From assembly GCA_965220965.1 (NCBI GenBank), contig OZ244852.1:800001-864000 (forward strand): a stretch of DNA of 64,000 nucleotides. Reading direction: 5' to 3'. The notes beneath the pieces are model-generated. The model worked only from the letters and a program-made list of their open reading frames with translations, did not search any database and had not been told where the DNA came from. The stretch is from Candidatus Marinacidobacterium sp. Lineage in GTDB: Bacteria; Acidobacteriota; Vicinamibacteria; Marinacidobacterales; Marinacidobacteraceae. A program made the translations under genes and the position numbers. This document shows, piece by piece, positions 19,112-28,409 of this stretch. Position 1 is the first letter of the stretch; each line of letters starts with the position of its first letter.

Positions 19112-19992
19112 CCGAAGGCGCCCCTCGGGGCGCGGGTCCCGGCGGCCCGACGGGTACGGAGATCCGGGCCCGAAAGCTGAGCCGCTCGTTCCCGGTCTCG
19201 GCGGGCCGCGCCCTTCGGGCGAGGGGCGCGGCGCGCCGGCGGGTCGCCGTCCGCGATCTCGACCTCGAAGTCGCTCCTGGAGAGATCGTCGCGCTCGTCG
19301 GCGAGAACGGCTCGGGAAAGACCACGACGCTCCGGCTCCTCGCGGGTCTCCTCGAACCCGACGATGGCGAGGCCCTGCTCGGAGGCGTTCCGGCGATCGC
19401 GAGCGCCGCCCGCCAGGGACTCGGCTACGCCGGCGAGGAGGACGCGTTTCCGCCGGGCATCGACATCGGGCGGATCCTTCGGCTTCATGCGCGCCTCGCC
19501 GGACTCCCGGCGGACGCGGTGGATGCCGCGGTCGCCGCGCTGGACCTCGGTCCGTGGCTCGCCCGCCGGCCCTCGGGCTGTTCGCGGGGCGTCCGGCGCC
19601 GGACCACGCTCGCCCAGGCCATCCTCGGAGCGCCGGCCGCGCTGATCCTCGACGAGCCGCTGACCGGCCTCGATCCGCTCGCCCGGGAACGGGCGATGCT
19701 CGCGGTGCGCCGGGCCCGCGATGACGGGGCCGCGGTCCTCGCAAGCCTCCACGATCCGGCGGCGGTCGAGGAGCTCGCCGACCGGGTCGTGGCGCTTCAT
19801 GGCGGCTCGGTGGCCTGCAGCGGTTCGGTCCGCCGTCTGCGGGAGCGATACGGCCGGGAGCGGCCGGCGCTCGACGCGGCTTCGGGCTGCGGGACGGGCG
19901 ACTGGATGGCGCGCATGCTGTCGGAAGCGCGGACCGCCGCCCAGGGACGCGCCGGGGAAGACCGACGACCGCCGCGGGACGAGCCATCGTGA
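19108..19992 (+). CDS. ABC transporter ATPase (PilH-like, pilus-associated)
   Basis: GENGSGKT, degenerate signature CSRG, LILDEP.TGLDP, SLH; GTGA overlap with the pilin gene. Confidence 0.85.
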   Translation: MTEGAPRGAGPGGPTGTEIRARKLSRSFPVSAGRALRARGAARRRVAVRDLDLEVAPGEIVALVGENGSGKTTTLRLLAGLLEPDDGEALLGGVPAIASAARQGLGYAGEEDAFPPGIDIGRILRLHARLAGLPADAVDAAVAALDLGPWLARRPSGCSRGVRRRTTLAQAILGAPAALILDEPLTGLDPLARERAMLAVRRARDDGAAVLASLHDPAAVEELADRVVALHGGSVACSGSVRRLRERYGRERPALDAASGCGTGDWMARMLSEARTAAQGRAGEDRRPPRDEPS

Positions 19993-20759
19993 GACGCGGG
20001 CTGGCTGCGTTTCGCGCCGCCGCCGGGGTCACCCTGCGGGGTTTCCTGGCTGGCGGCGAGTTCGCGGCCTGCCTCGCGCTCGTCGCGTTCTCGCTGCTGG
20101 CGGCGGCGCTTCTGGAATCGGCCTCCCCCGGTCAGGGCGAGCGGCTCGCGGCCGACCTCGGCTGGGGCGCCGCCGGGCTCTTTGGGTGGTTTCTCGCCGT
20201 GGCTCACGGCAGCGGCCTCCGGGGCGGGGGAGGGGTGGCGCACGCCGCCGCGCTCGCCCGGCCGGTCTCCCCCGCGCTTCTGTTCGGGGCCCGGTTCGTC
20301 GGGCTGCTGGGAGGCCTCGCCGTCTACAGCGCGCTCGCTGGCGCCCTGATCGCGGCCCGCCTCGGACTCGATGCGGCGCCCGCGGTGATGGCCGCCGGAT
20401 GGTTCCTCCTCCTGCGGCTCGTGGTGGTGCTGGCGCTCTCCGTCGCGTTCCACGCCGCGGTGCGCCCGCCCGTGGCCGCGGTCCTCGCAGCGGCGTGCGC
20501 ATCGGCCGGCTGGTTCTCCGGGAGCCTCCCCGGCGCCGAGGCCGGCGACGCCATCCGGCGACTGGCCGCGGTGGCGCGATGGCTCCTGCCCGATCTCGCC
20601 AGCCTCGATCCGGTCCTGGGGCCCCTCGGCGCGATGGAGGCCGGCGCCGCTCTTTTCGGGGCGACGGCCTACGCAGCGCTCTACGCCGGCGCCGTTCTCG
20701 TCGGGCCGCTGTTCGCCTTTCCCTGGCTTGTGCGGCGCTCGGGCCGGTGGAGCGGGTGA
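19989..20759 (+). CDS. ABC-2 type permease (PilI-like)
   Basis: About 6 hydrophobic segments, LARPVS...L.GARF.G motif, LLPDL; follows the ABC ATPase. Confidence 0.7.
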   Translation: MRRGLAAFRAAAGVTLRGFLAGGEFAACLALVAFSLLAAALLESASPGQGERLAADLGWGAAGLFGWFLAVAHGSGLRGGGGVAHAAALARPVSPALLFGARFVGLLGGLAVYSALAGALIAARLGLDAAPAVMAAGWFLLLRLVVVLALSVAFHAAVRPPVAAVLAAACASAGWFSGSLPGAEAGDAIRRLAAVARWLLPDLASLDPVLGPLGAMEAGAALFGATAYAALYAGAVLVGPLFAFPWLVRRSGRWSG

Positions 20760-21724
20760 AGACGCCCGGAACCGGGTCGGCGGTCCGGCGGTGGGCGCGC
20801 CCGCTCGTCGCGATCGCGCTGGCGGGGGGCCTTCTCGCGGCCGCGGGTCGGGTCGCCGAGACCGGCGCGGCCCGGCGACCCGGACCTGAGGTCGGGGTCT
20901 TCGCCGAGGAGGCCTTTCCGTCGGGGCTCCCTCGGCTCGCGGAGGCCTGGGCGCCGGCGCTGCCCGGCGGCGTCCGGCGTCTGCTGGCGGATCTGAGCTG
21001 GCTCGCCGCCGTGCAGCACTACGGGCGCACCCGGTTGGCCGGGGGCGAAGAGTTCCCGCGGCTCGCGAGCCTCATCCGGCTCGGGCTTCGCTTCGACCCC
21101 GGGCTTCGGCCGGCGGCGCTCGAGGGCGCTCTGCTTCTCGCCGAACCGCCGCCGCTGGGCGCCGGGGACCCGGAGATGGCGGTCGCGCTCCTCGATGAGT
21201 GGACCGCTCGGCGGCCGGGGGATTGGGAGGCCTGGCTCCTCGCCGGACTGGTCCGCCGGTGGCATCTTCAGGATCCGGCCGGGGCCGCCGCGGTCTTCGC
21301 CTCGGCTTCCCGTCAGCCCGGGGCCCCGGACTGGTTCACCTGGATGGGAGCGCGCTCCCTGACCGCGTCGGGCGACCGCGCCGAGGCCCGCCGGTTGTGG
21401 CGGGCGGCGCGGGACGCCGCGTCTTCCGAGCGGGCGCGAACCAACGCGACGATCCATCTGCTCCAGCTCGACGCGCTGGATCGGCTCGATGCACTCGCCG
21501 GGGCGGTGGGGCGGTTCCGCGAGTCGACCGGACGGGCGCCCGGCGGGTGGGCGGAGATGGTCGCCGCCGGATTCCTCGAGCGGATTCCCCGGGACCCCCG
21601 CGGCGTCCCGTACCGGCTCGGCGAGGACGGCGCCGTGGAGATCTCCCGGGCGTCACCCCTCGCGGGGGCGCCGCGACTCCCAGGGGCAAGCGGGGACTCC
21701 GGGACGCGGCGGGCGGCCGAGTGA
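20756..21724 (+). CDS. Pilus-associated membrane-anchored TPR-like protein (PilG/XapA-like position)
   Basis: N-terminal TM, LADLSWL..VQHYG, helical repeats, C-terminal IPRDPRGVPY; overlaps both neighbours by GTGA. Confidence 0.6.
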   Translation: MKTPGTGSAVRRWARPLVAIALAGGLLAAAGRVAETGAARRPGPEVGVFAEEAFPSGLPRLAEAWAPALPGGVRRLLADLSWLAAVQHYGRTRLAGGEEFPRLASLIRLGLRFDPGLRPAALEGALLLAEPPPLGAGDPEMAVALLDEWTARRPGDWEAWLLAGLVRRWHLQDPAGAAAVFASASRQPGAPDWFTWMGARSLTASGDRAEARRLWRAARDAASSERARTNATIHLLQLDALDRLDALAGAVGRFRESTGRAPGGWAEMVAAGFLERIPRDPRGVPYRLGEDGAVEISRASPLAGAPRLPGASGDSGTRRAAE

Positions 21725-22461
21725 TCTCGCCGCCGTTCGCCCTTCCGGCGGCGGGTCTCGGGCTCGTGGTCGGGAGTTTCCTGAACGTCGCGATCCACCG
21801 GCTCCCCCGCGGCGAGTCGGTCGTCCGGCCGGGCTCCCGCTGCCCGGCCTGCTCCGCGCCGATCCGCTGGCGCGACAACCTGCCGCTCGTCTCGTGGGTC
21901 TGGCTGGGGGGCCGCTGTCGCTCGTGCCGGGCCCGGATCCCCGTCCGCTACCCCCTTGTCGAACTCGCGTCGGCGGCGGTGTTCGCCACGGCGCCGTGGG
22001 GCGCCGGCTGGTGGGCCGGCCTGGTCTGGTCCGGATTCCTCGTCCTCCTCCTGGCGCTGGCGGTGACCGACCTCGAGGCGTTCGTCCTGCCCGACTGGCT
22101 GACGCTGCCGGGCGCCGCCGCCGGCCTGCTCTTCAGCGTGACGTCCGGCGGCGCCGGGTTCGTCGCCGCCGGGCTCGGAGCTCTCCTCGGCGCCGGGCTT
22201 CTTCTGGCGCTGCGCGCGGCGTGGCTGCGCTTTCGCCGGGTGGAGGCGCTCGGGCTTGGCGACATCAAGATGATGCTCTTCGTCGGCGCCTTCCTGGGAC
22301 CATCGGGGGCGCTGTGGGCGGTGGGGCTCGCCTCGGTCCTGGGCCTTGTGGCGGCGATCCCGCTTCTCCTGCTGGGGCGCATCCGGCGGGACACCCCGCT
22401 GCCGTTCGGGGCGTTCATCGCGGTGGGATCCGCCGTGGTCTTCGTGCTCCCCGGGATCTGA
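21721..22461 (+). CDS. pilD: Prepilin peptidase
   Basis: GSFLNV.IHRLP, CPAC...CRSC zinc motifs, RYPLVE, TDLE and GLGDIK aspartates, PFGAFI. Confidence 0.95.
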   Translation: MISPPFALPAAGLGLVVGSFLNVAIHRLPRGESVVRPGSRCPACSAPIRWRDNLPLVSWVWLGGRCRSCRARIPVRYPLVELASAAVFATAPWGAGWWAGLVWSGFLVLLLALAVTDLEAFVLPDWLTLPGAAAGLLFSVTSGGAGFVAAGLGALLGAGLLLALRAAWLRFRRVEALGLGDIKMMLFVGAFLGPSGALWAVGLASVLGLVAAIPLLLLGRIRRDTPLPFGAFIAVGSAVVFVLPGI

Positions 22462-22493
22462 ACCGGACAGCTCCGTTCTTGCGGCCCGGTGGG

Positions 22494-22554
22494 GCCGGAA
22501 GTTTTCGACAGGAGGCGCGGCGCGCGCGCCATCGGCGCGGGTCCTTCGTCTGCA
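22494..22554 (+). promoter_or_regulatory. Putative pilus-regulon motif copy 3 upstream of pilV
   Basis: GCCGGAAGTTTTCGACAG at 22494-22511 and CGTCtGCA at 22547-22554. Confidence 0.5.
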
Positions 22555-22575
22555 GCGGGTGTGTGGAGGATCCGA

Positions 22576-23082
22576 ATGACCCGATTCCGCAACCCCGACC
22601 CGAGCCGCCCGTCGGGCGCCTCCGGCTTCACGCTGGTCGAGGCGCTGCTCGCCGTCCTCCTGCTGGTCACCGCGGCGGGGAGCCTGGCGCGGGCCCTCTC
22701 GGCCGCCGCGCTCGCCCGACGATCCGCCGCGGACACCGGGCTGGCCGCCCGGGTGGCTCGCGACCGGATGGACCGGCTGCAGGCCAACCGGCTGACCGAC
22801 GGCTGGCCGTTCGCCGGCTACCACCAGGCGGTTCGTCCCGGAGGCGGCGTCGACCTCGCTTCCGATCCGGTTCCCGGCTACGTCGAGTACTTCGACGCGG
22901 CCGGGGCGCCGACCGACCAGCTCGCGGCGTCTTCCCAGGTGCGGTGGCGGATCGAGGAGCTGACTGGTCCGGGTGACGACCGGTTGGCCGTGCTGCGCTT
23001 CGAAGTCGTGGCCGGCCCGGCACCCGGCCAGCGCGGACCGGTGGTCCGGCTCGAGTCGGTGCGGGTGGCGAACCGTGAGTAG
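22576..23082 (+). CDS. Minor pilin, PilV-like
   Basis: SG|FTLVEALLAVLLL class III signal; GGAGG RBS. Confidence 0.75.
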   Translation: MTRFRNPDPSRPSGASGFTLVEALLAVLLLVTAAGSLARALSAAALARRSAADTGLAARVARDRMDRLQANRLTDGWPFAGYHQAVRPGGGVDLASDPVPGYVEYFDAAGAPTDQLAASSQVRWRIEELTGPGDDRLAVLRFEVVAGPAPGQRGPVVRLESVRVANRE

Positions 23083-23839
23083 CCCCGCCGGTGATGTCGG
23101 CCAGCGAGGCGCCGCGCTGGTCGTCGCCCTCATGCTGATCCTCGGCCTGGCGAGCATGGGGGCGGCGGTAGTCCTGGCGGTCGGCGGCAGCGGCGCAATC
23201 GCCCGGAACCAGCGCTGGGCGGAGGCGGCCGCGGCCCAGGCCGAGGCGGGCCTCGAGGTGGCGAAGGCGGTGCTCGCCAGCCACGCGCGCGATAACGACG
23301 GGTCCCTCGACAGCGCGCTCCCGCCGCCGCGCTCCGATGTCGGGGTTTCCTCGGGAGCGGCGTGGGGGGCCGCCCGACCCGCGGATAACGGGGCGTGCTC
23401 CGACCCGGGGCGTCCCGGTTGCCGCGACTACGAGCGCTTCGTGGACCAGCGGACCCCGCGCGGGGCCGCCCGGATCTACATCGGGCGGGTCCTCCGGGAC
23501 CCGGGGGGCAACGCGCTGATCCACGATCCCCGGGCCGCTGACGCAGCGTGGTCTCCGGACCTCGACGGGGACGGGGAGCCGGACCTCGCCGGCGTCACGG
23601 TCTGGGTGCGCCGACCGCTGCTGGGCGCCTCGGACGCCCCGGACGGCGACCGGGTCGTAGTGACCGCCGAAGGGCGGCATCCGGCGCCCGCCGGTCCGGA
23701 CGATCCGCATGCGGTGGTTCGCCTCGAGATGGCTCTCCGGGTCGCGCCCCGCCCTCCCGCCGACGAGGAGGAAGACGAACCCGGGTACAGCGACGGCCTG
23801 AAGGACTGGGGCCGCGGCCGCGGGGGAGGCGGGCCATGA
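23075..23839 (+). CDS. Minor pilin, PilX-like
   Basis: QRG|AALVVALMLIL (no Glu5, typical of PilX), AEAGLE motif, DLDGDGEPD. Confidence 0.75.
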   Translation: MSSPAGDVGQRGAALVVALMLILGLASMGAAVVLAVGGSGAIARNQRWAEAAAAQAEAGLEVAKAVLASHARDNDGSLDSALPPPRSDVGVSSGAAWGAARPADNGACSDPGRPGCRDYERFVDQRTPRGAARIYIGRVLRDPGGNALIHDPRAADAAWSPDLDGDGEPDLAGVTVWVRRPLLGASDAPDGDRVVVTAEGRHPAPAGPDDPHAVVRLEMALRVAPRPPADEEEDEPGYSDGLKDWGRGRGGGGP

Positions 23840-23919
23840 CCCGCGTCCCGTCGAAGCCTCGTCGGCGGCCGCCGGCGATTTCTGTCCCCCTCGAAAGCCG
23901 CCTTGGGAGGAACGCATCC

Positions 23920-26900
23920 ATGACCCCGACTCCACGCGCCGCGCCGCTTCGCGCGGCGGTCCTTTGGGCGGCGGCGCTTCTGCTGCTCGCCCCCGGATCG
24001 TCGTCGCCGACGTCCGAAGGAACACCCGTCCGGGACGCCGGCGACCTCGATCCGCCCATCCGGCGCGGCCGCGACCCGCTCGACCTTGTCCGGACGACGG
24101 TCCCGCCCCGCGTCTGGATCCTCCTCGACACCTCGATCTCGATGGACCAGAGCCTCGGCGACCGGACGCGCCTCGAGGAAGCCCTGCGGATCATCAGGTG
24201 GGCGGCGGCGACTTTCGAATCGGACACCGGGGCGCCGCTCGTTCACTGGCGGCTCGCCACCTTCCGGCGCTACGGCGAAAGCGACGCCGGCATCGGACAG
24301 GCCTGCCGCGACCCGAACTTCGGCGCCTCGCTGCCGCGGGGGTCGCCTCCGGGGTCCCGCGTGTCCCCATTCGTCTACTGCGGCGGGCTCCGGCTGGCCT
24401 CCGCCCCCACGGGCTGTGATCTCGAGTCGGCGAGGGCCGCCATGCTCCGGAAGCTGCCCCGGAGCGTGAACGCGATCCGGACTCCCGCCGGGATCGCCCT
24501 CTACCAGCTCGCGCTCTACATCGCGAACACGGCGACGGCGGATCTCCTCCCCGGTCAGCGGAACGTCGTGCTCTTCCTGACCGACGGCATGGACTCGTGT
24601 GAGTGTCGGGTCACCGTGTGGCGCGACTTCGTGTCGGGCGATCCGGGCGTGGACCCGAACCGGCCCCTGCGCCTTCGCCTCGGGGAGGCGGTCCCGACGC
24701 TCTCTCCCGTCGAATGGACCTTCGATTACACCCAGCCCTACAACGCCGGACTCAAGGCCAAGGCGGCCCTCCACGCATTGAACCTCGGCGACCCATCCGC
24801 CGCGCTCGGGGACATCCACGTTGTGGGCATCGACATGGAGTCCGAGGACTCGCGGGCCGTGACGAACCATCTCGCCTGGATGGCGTCGGACCTCCAGCGC
24901 CCGGCGCTTCACGCGGCGGACCGCGCCGGTTTGCGGGCCGCGGTGGCCGCCGTCCTCGGCGAGGTCACGTTGCCCCGGGGATGGGTGAAGCTGGCCGAAC
25001 CGCGACTCGCGACGGTGAAGGAGCTGGTGGCGCTCACGCCGGGCCCTGGCTCCGGAGAGACCCCGGTGGCGGAGGGCTCGAACGGTCTGGTCGCCGATCC
25101 TGCGGATCCGGAGAGCCTCGCCGAGACGCTCGCGCTGCGGGCGGCGCACCGCGACAACGTGTTCCTGAGCGCGAGCGCGGACCTGGGCGCGCTGGAGGGC
25201 CGACTCGCCGCCCTGCCTGTCCCGGAGCGGGGCGGGGTGGTGGATGGCGCGGCGCTCTGGGATGCGGGCGCGCTCCTCGAGGCGCGGGATCCGGACGATC
25301 GGCAGATCTGGTTCCACCGGCCGGGGGAAACGCTCCTCCGCCCGTTCACCGTGGACCGGGTCACGCCGACTGACCTCGGCGTGGACATCGGTTATCTCTC
25401 CGAACTGGACGGCGTCGGCGCCCGTTCCGCCGCCGACGCCGCCGAGATCGTGGTCCGGCTGATTCGGGGTGAAGAGCTGGCGCTCCACCCCGACTCCGGG
25501 TCGATCTATCGCCCCGACGGCGCCCTCCACTTCGTGGGCGGCGCCGGGACCCCCAAGCTCCGGGAGAGCCTGGCCTCGCCGGCCGTGGTGACGTCGCCGC
25601 CGAACCGTCCGGAGCGGGGGGCCGCCTACCAGCGGTTCTTCAGCGACCGGGTGAACCGGCGGACGATGGTCTACCTGCCCACCAGCGGCGGGATGCTCCA
25701 CGCGTTCTCCGCCGGGACCGGCGACGAGGTCTTCGCCTTCGTTCCCGCCGATGTCCTGGGGCCGGCGACGGGGGAAGGGGCGCCGGGCGGGCCGTTCCTG
25801 CGGGACCTGGCGGTCGTCGGCGTTCGGGGCGCGCCGGCGCTGCGCCGCGGTCTGGTGAGCCGCTACTCGCTCGCCGGTTCGCCGGTCGCTCGCGACATCC
25901 GGGTTCCTGGCGCCGAGCCGTGGCGCACCGTCCTCGCGTTCGGTCGCTCCCTCGGGGGCCGCGTCGTGACGACGCTCGATGTCACGGCGGTCGGAGGGAC
26001 GTGGAGCGGAACGCCCGAGCCGCCGTCGAGGTGGCCGGTCGAGGCGCGCCGGCCCCGCCTGCTCTGGAACCGCGGCGGCTCCGGAGCTCCGGACAGCGGC
26101 CTCCCCGGTCTGGGAGAGACGCCGGAGCCGGTGTTCGCCGAAGTCCCGGCGCGGGATGGCGGCGAATGGGTCGTGTTCCAGAGCGGTGGAAGCGGGGTGA
26201 GCGATGTGGCTCTGTTCGTTCTGGCCGCGGAGGATGGGCGGCTGCGCCAGCGGTTGCCGCTGGCGTCGGCGCCGGGCGCCCCGATCTCGCCGAACGAAGC
26301 CCCGACCGCCGCGGTCGTCTGGCGGCCCGGTTGGGCGACCCCCGGCGCCTCGAACCTTGTCAGCGCGGCGTACGTCGCCGACCTCCACGGACAGATCCAC
26401 CGGCTGGACACCGCCGCGTCGGGCGGATGGGCGCTCCGCGTGGCGCATCGACTGGGCGCGGACCACCCCGTCCAGACCCGGCCGGTCGCGTTTCCGTTTC
26501 CGGGGCGCGTCGAGCCGCATCTCCTCGTCGTGACGGGGGGGGACCGGCGGCTCCGGAACGGCCCCTCGGACCTCGTCCTCCTCCGGGATCTGGGGACGCA
26601 CTTCGACGAGGTCTGGCGACGGGCGCTCCCCGAAGGCGAGGCGCCCCAGGGGCGTCCGGTGGTCCAGGTCAGCTCTTCCGGGGTCGCGGTCGTGCTCCCG
26701 ACGATTGCGGCGCAGCCTCCCGACGACCTTGGCTGCAGCGCGACGCGCACGAACGAGGGGGTCTCGCGGCTGCGGGCGTTCAACGGAATGACCGGCGCCC
26801 CGCTGAACGGCCTGCTCGGGCAGGGGCTGTCCGTCCTGGGATTCGGGGCCGGGCGTCTCCGCGGCGTGTCCATGTCCGGCTCCGGGAACATGGCCTACAG

Positions 26901-27024
26901 CGTGACGCAGGCGGGGGGCGACCTGATCGACACGGTGATCGGGGACTTCCGTTTCCGGGTGCGGGACAGCGCCCTCGAGCCGGTCACCCTCTTCGTCGAG
27001 AGCTTCCGGCGCTCGCCCTTCTGA
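23920..27024 (+). CDS. PilY1-like pilus tip adhesin with vWA domain
   Basis: Signal peptide; ILLDTSISM and FLTDG MIDAS motifs; GGMLHAF..GTG.E.FAFVP, WRTVL, Y.ADLHGQIHR PilY1 propeller motifs; GGAGG RBS. Confidence 0.8.
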   Translation: MTPTPRAAPLRAAVLWAAALLLLAPGSSSPTSEGTPVRDAGDLDPPIRRGRDPLDLVRTTVPPRVWILLDTSISMDQSLGDRTRLEEALRIIRWAAATFESDTGAPLVHWRLATFRRYGESDAGIGQACRDPNFGASLPRGSPPGSRVSPFVYCGGLRLASAPTGCDLESARAAMLRKLPRSVNAIRTPAGIALYQLALYIANTATADLLPGQRNVVLFLTDGMDSCECRVTVWRDFVSGDPGVDPNRPLRLRLGEAVPTLSPVEWTFDYTQPYNAGLKAKAALHALNLGDPSAALGDIHVVGIDMESEDSRAVTNHLAWMASDLQRPALHAADRAGLRAAVAAVLGEVTLPRGWVKLAEPRLATVKELVALTPGPGSGETPVAEGSNGLVADPADPESLAETLALRAAHRDNVFLSASADLGALEGRLAALPVPERGGVVDGAALWDAGALLEARDPDDRQIWFHRPGETLLRPFTVDRVTPTDLGVDIGYLSELDGVGARSAADAAEIVVRLIRGEELALHPDSGSIYRPDGALHFVGGAGTPKLRESLASPAVVTSPPNRPERGAAYQRFFSDRVNRRTMVYLPTSGGMLHAFSAGTGDEVFAFVPADVLGPATGEGAPGGPFLRDLAVVGVRGAPALRRGLVSRYSLAGSPVARDIRVPGAEPWRTVLAFGRSLGGRVVTTLDVTAVGGTWSGTPEPPSRWPVEARRPRLLWNRGGSGAPDSGLPGLGETPEPVFAEVPARDGGEWVVFQSGGSGVSDVALFVLAAEDGRLRQRLPLASAPGAPISPNEAPTAAVVWRPGWATPGASNLVSAAYVADLHGQIHRLDTAASGGWALRVAHRLGADHPVQTRPVAFPFPGRVEPHLLVVTGGDRRLRNGPSDLVLLRDLGTHFDEVWRRALPEGEAPQGRPVVQVSSSGVAVVLPTIAAQPPDDLGCSATRTNEGVSRLRAFNGMTGAPLNGLLGQGLSVLGFGAGRLRGVSMSGSGNMAYSVTQAGGDLIDTVIGDFRFRVRDSALEPVTLFVESFRRSPF

Positions 27025-27026
27025 CC

Positions 27027-28379
27027 GTGCCTCCGCTCCCGTTGCCGCGCCGGCGCCCGAGCACCGCGGCAGGATTCACGCTCACCGAAGCGCTGGTGGC
27101 GCTTTCGCTCTCGCTCACCCTGAGCGCCGCCTTCCTCATGCTCTTCCGGCAGGGCGGCCGGACGCTGCGGCTGGAGCCCGAGCTCGCGGTCTTGCGCCAT
27201 GACGCCGGGCAGGCGCTGGATCGGATCGCCGCCGATCTGGCCCGCGCTGGCTCCGGGATTCCTCCCGAGATCCCGGTCTTCAACGACCTGGGGCCGGCCG
27301 GGAACGGCGACGTCGACGGGCTGGATTTCCTCACTGCGCCGGCCCGCATGGCGGGCATCGGCTTCGAGCCGGTCGTCGCGTTCGACGGGACGGAGGCGAC
27401 CCTGGCGCTTCCCGCATCGCGGCTGGACCCGGAGTCGCGCCCGTGGGCGGTCGTCTTCAACGACGACAAGTTCATGCCGCGCTGGGTCTTCGGGCAGGTG
27501 CTCGCCGTTGGGGGAGGAGGCGGAGGACTTCTGTCCGGCGCCGTCGCGAGCGCCCGCGACGCACTGGGGGAGGAGTCGGCCCCGGCCGGGGCGACGGTCC
27601 GCATCCGTCCGATGGAGACCGGCTGGCATCGCCGGTTTCACGCCGGGGACGGGGCGAGCTTCTCTCCGGGGCAGGGGGGTCTCGTGGGGAAATCGCTCCA
27701 GGCGCTTCTCGGCGGGTTCGTCGAGTCGGTCTTCCCCGCCGCCGCAAATCCCGCGGTCGCCGCGTTGACCTCGAAGCTCGTCGAGGCGGTGGTCAGCGGC
27801 GTCCGGGCCCGACGGGGACGGGCGGGGACCGGGGTGCGGGCCGCCTCCGCAGACGAGGAGGAAGAGGACGAAGAGGGTTACGGGATGTTCGGGCTCGGGC
27901 AGCCCGGGCTGACCCCCGTCTCCCGCATCCGCTACGAGCTCCGCGCCCCGAATGGCGACGGCGACCGGGTGCTCATGCGACAGGTGGACGCCGAGCCGCC
28001 GCAGCCGGTCGCCTTTCTCGAGGACTTCCAGGTGCGCTACTTCACCGGGGACGACGCGGGGATCGCGCGCGACGATCCTCCGGGTTTCGTCGGGGACATG
28101 CGGCGCGCCTCAACGCTCAGCGCGCACCTCGTGCGCGCGGTGGAAGTCACCGTCCGGGTCCGCTCCACCGCGGGGCGCTTCGCCGCGCTGCCGGGCGAAG
28201 GCGGCGGGGACGGCGCCCTGAGCCGGACCTACACCCGCCGGGTGGGGATCCGGGCGACCGCGGCGGGGGTCGACCGCCGGTTCTGGGAGGAGGCGATGCA
28301 GCAGAAGGCGGTGCTGGCCGATGTGCCGCGAATTGGCCCGCTGCGATTCCTCAGCGTGATCCTGGACGCGCTGGAGTGA
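27027..28379 (+). CDS. Minor pilin, PilW-like, unusually long
   Basis: AG|FTLTEALVAL class III signal; ALDRIAADLARAG helix; EDFQVRY and VRAVEVTV C-terminal strands. Confidence 0.7.
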   Translation: MPPLPLPRRRPSTAAGFTLTEALVALSLSLTLSAAFLMLFRQGGRTLRLEPELAVLRHDAGQALDRIAADLARAGSGIPPEIPVFNDLGPAGNGDVDGLDFLTAPARMAGIGFEPVVAFDGTEATLALPASRLDPESRPWAVVFNDDKFMPRWVFGQVLAVGGGGGGLLSGAVASARDALGEESAPAGATVRIRPMETGWHRRFHAGDGASFSPGQGGLVGKSLQALLGGFVESVFPAAANPAVAALTSKLVEAVVSGVRARRGRAGTGVRAASADEEEEDEEGYGMFGLGQPGLTPVSRIRYELRAPNGDGDRVLMRQVDAEPPQPVAFLEDFQVRYFTGDDAGIARDDPPGFVGDMRRASTLSAHLVRAVEVTVRVRSTAGRFAALPGEGGGDGALSRTYTRRVGIRATAAGVDRRFWEEAMQQKAVLADVPRIGPLRFLSVILDALE

Positions 28380-28409
28380 CCGCGCCGCCGGCAGTCCACC
28401 CGGCGGGAC

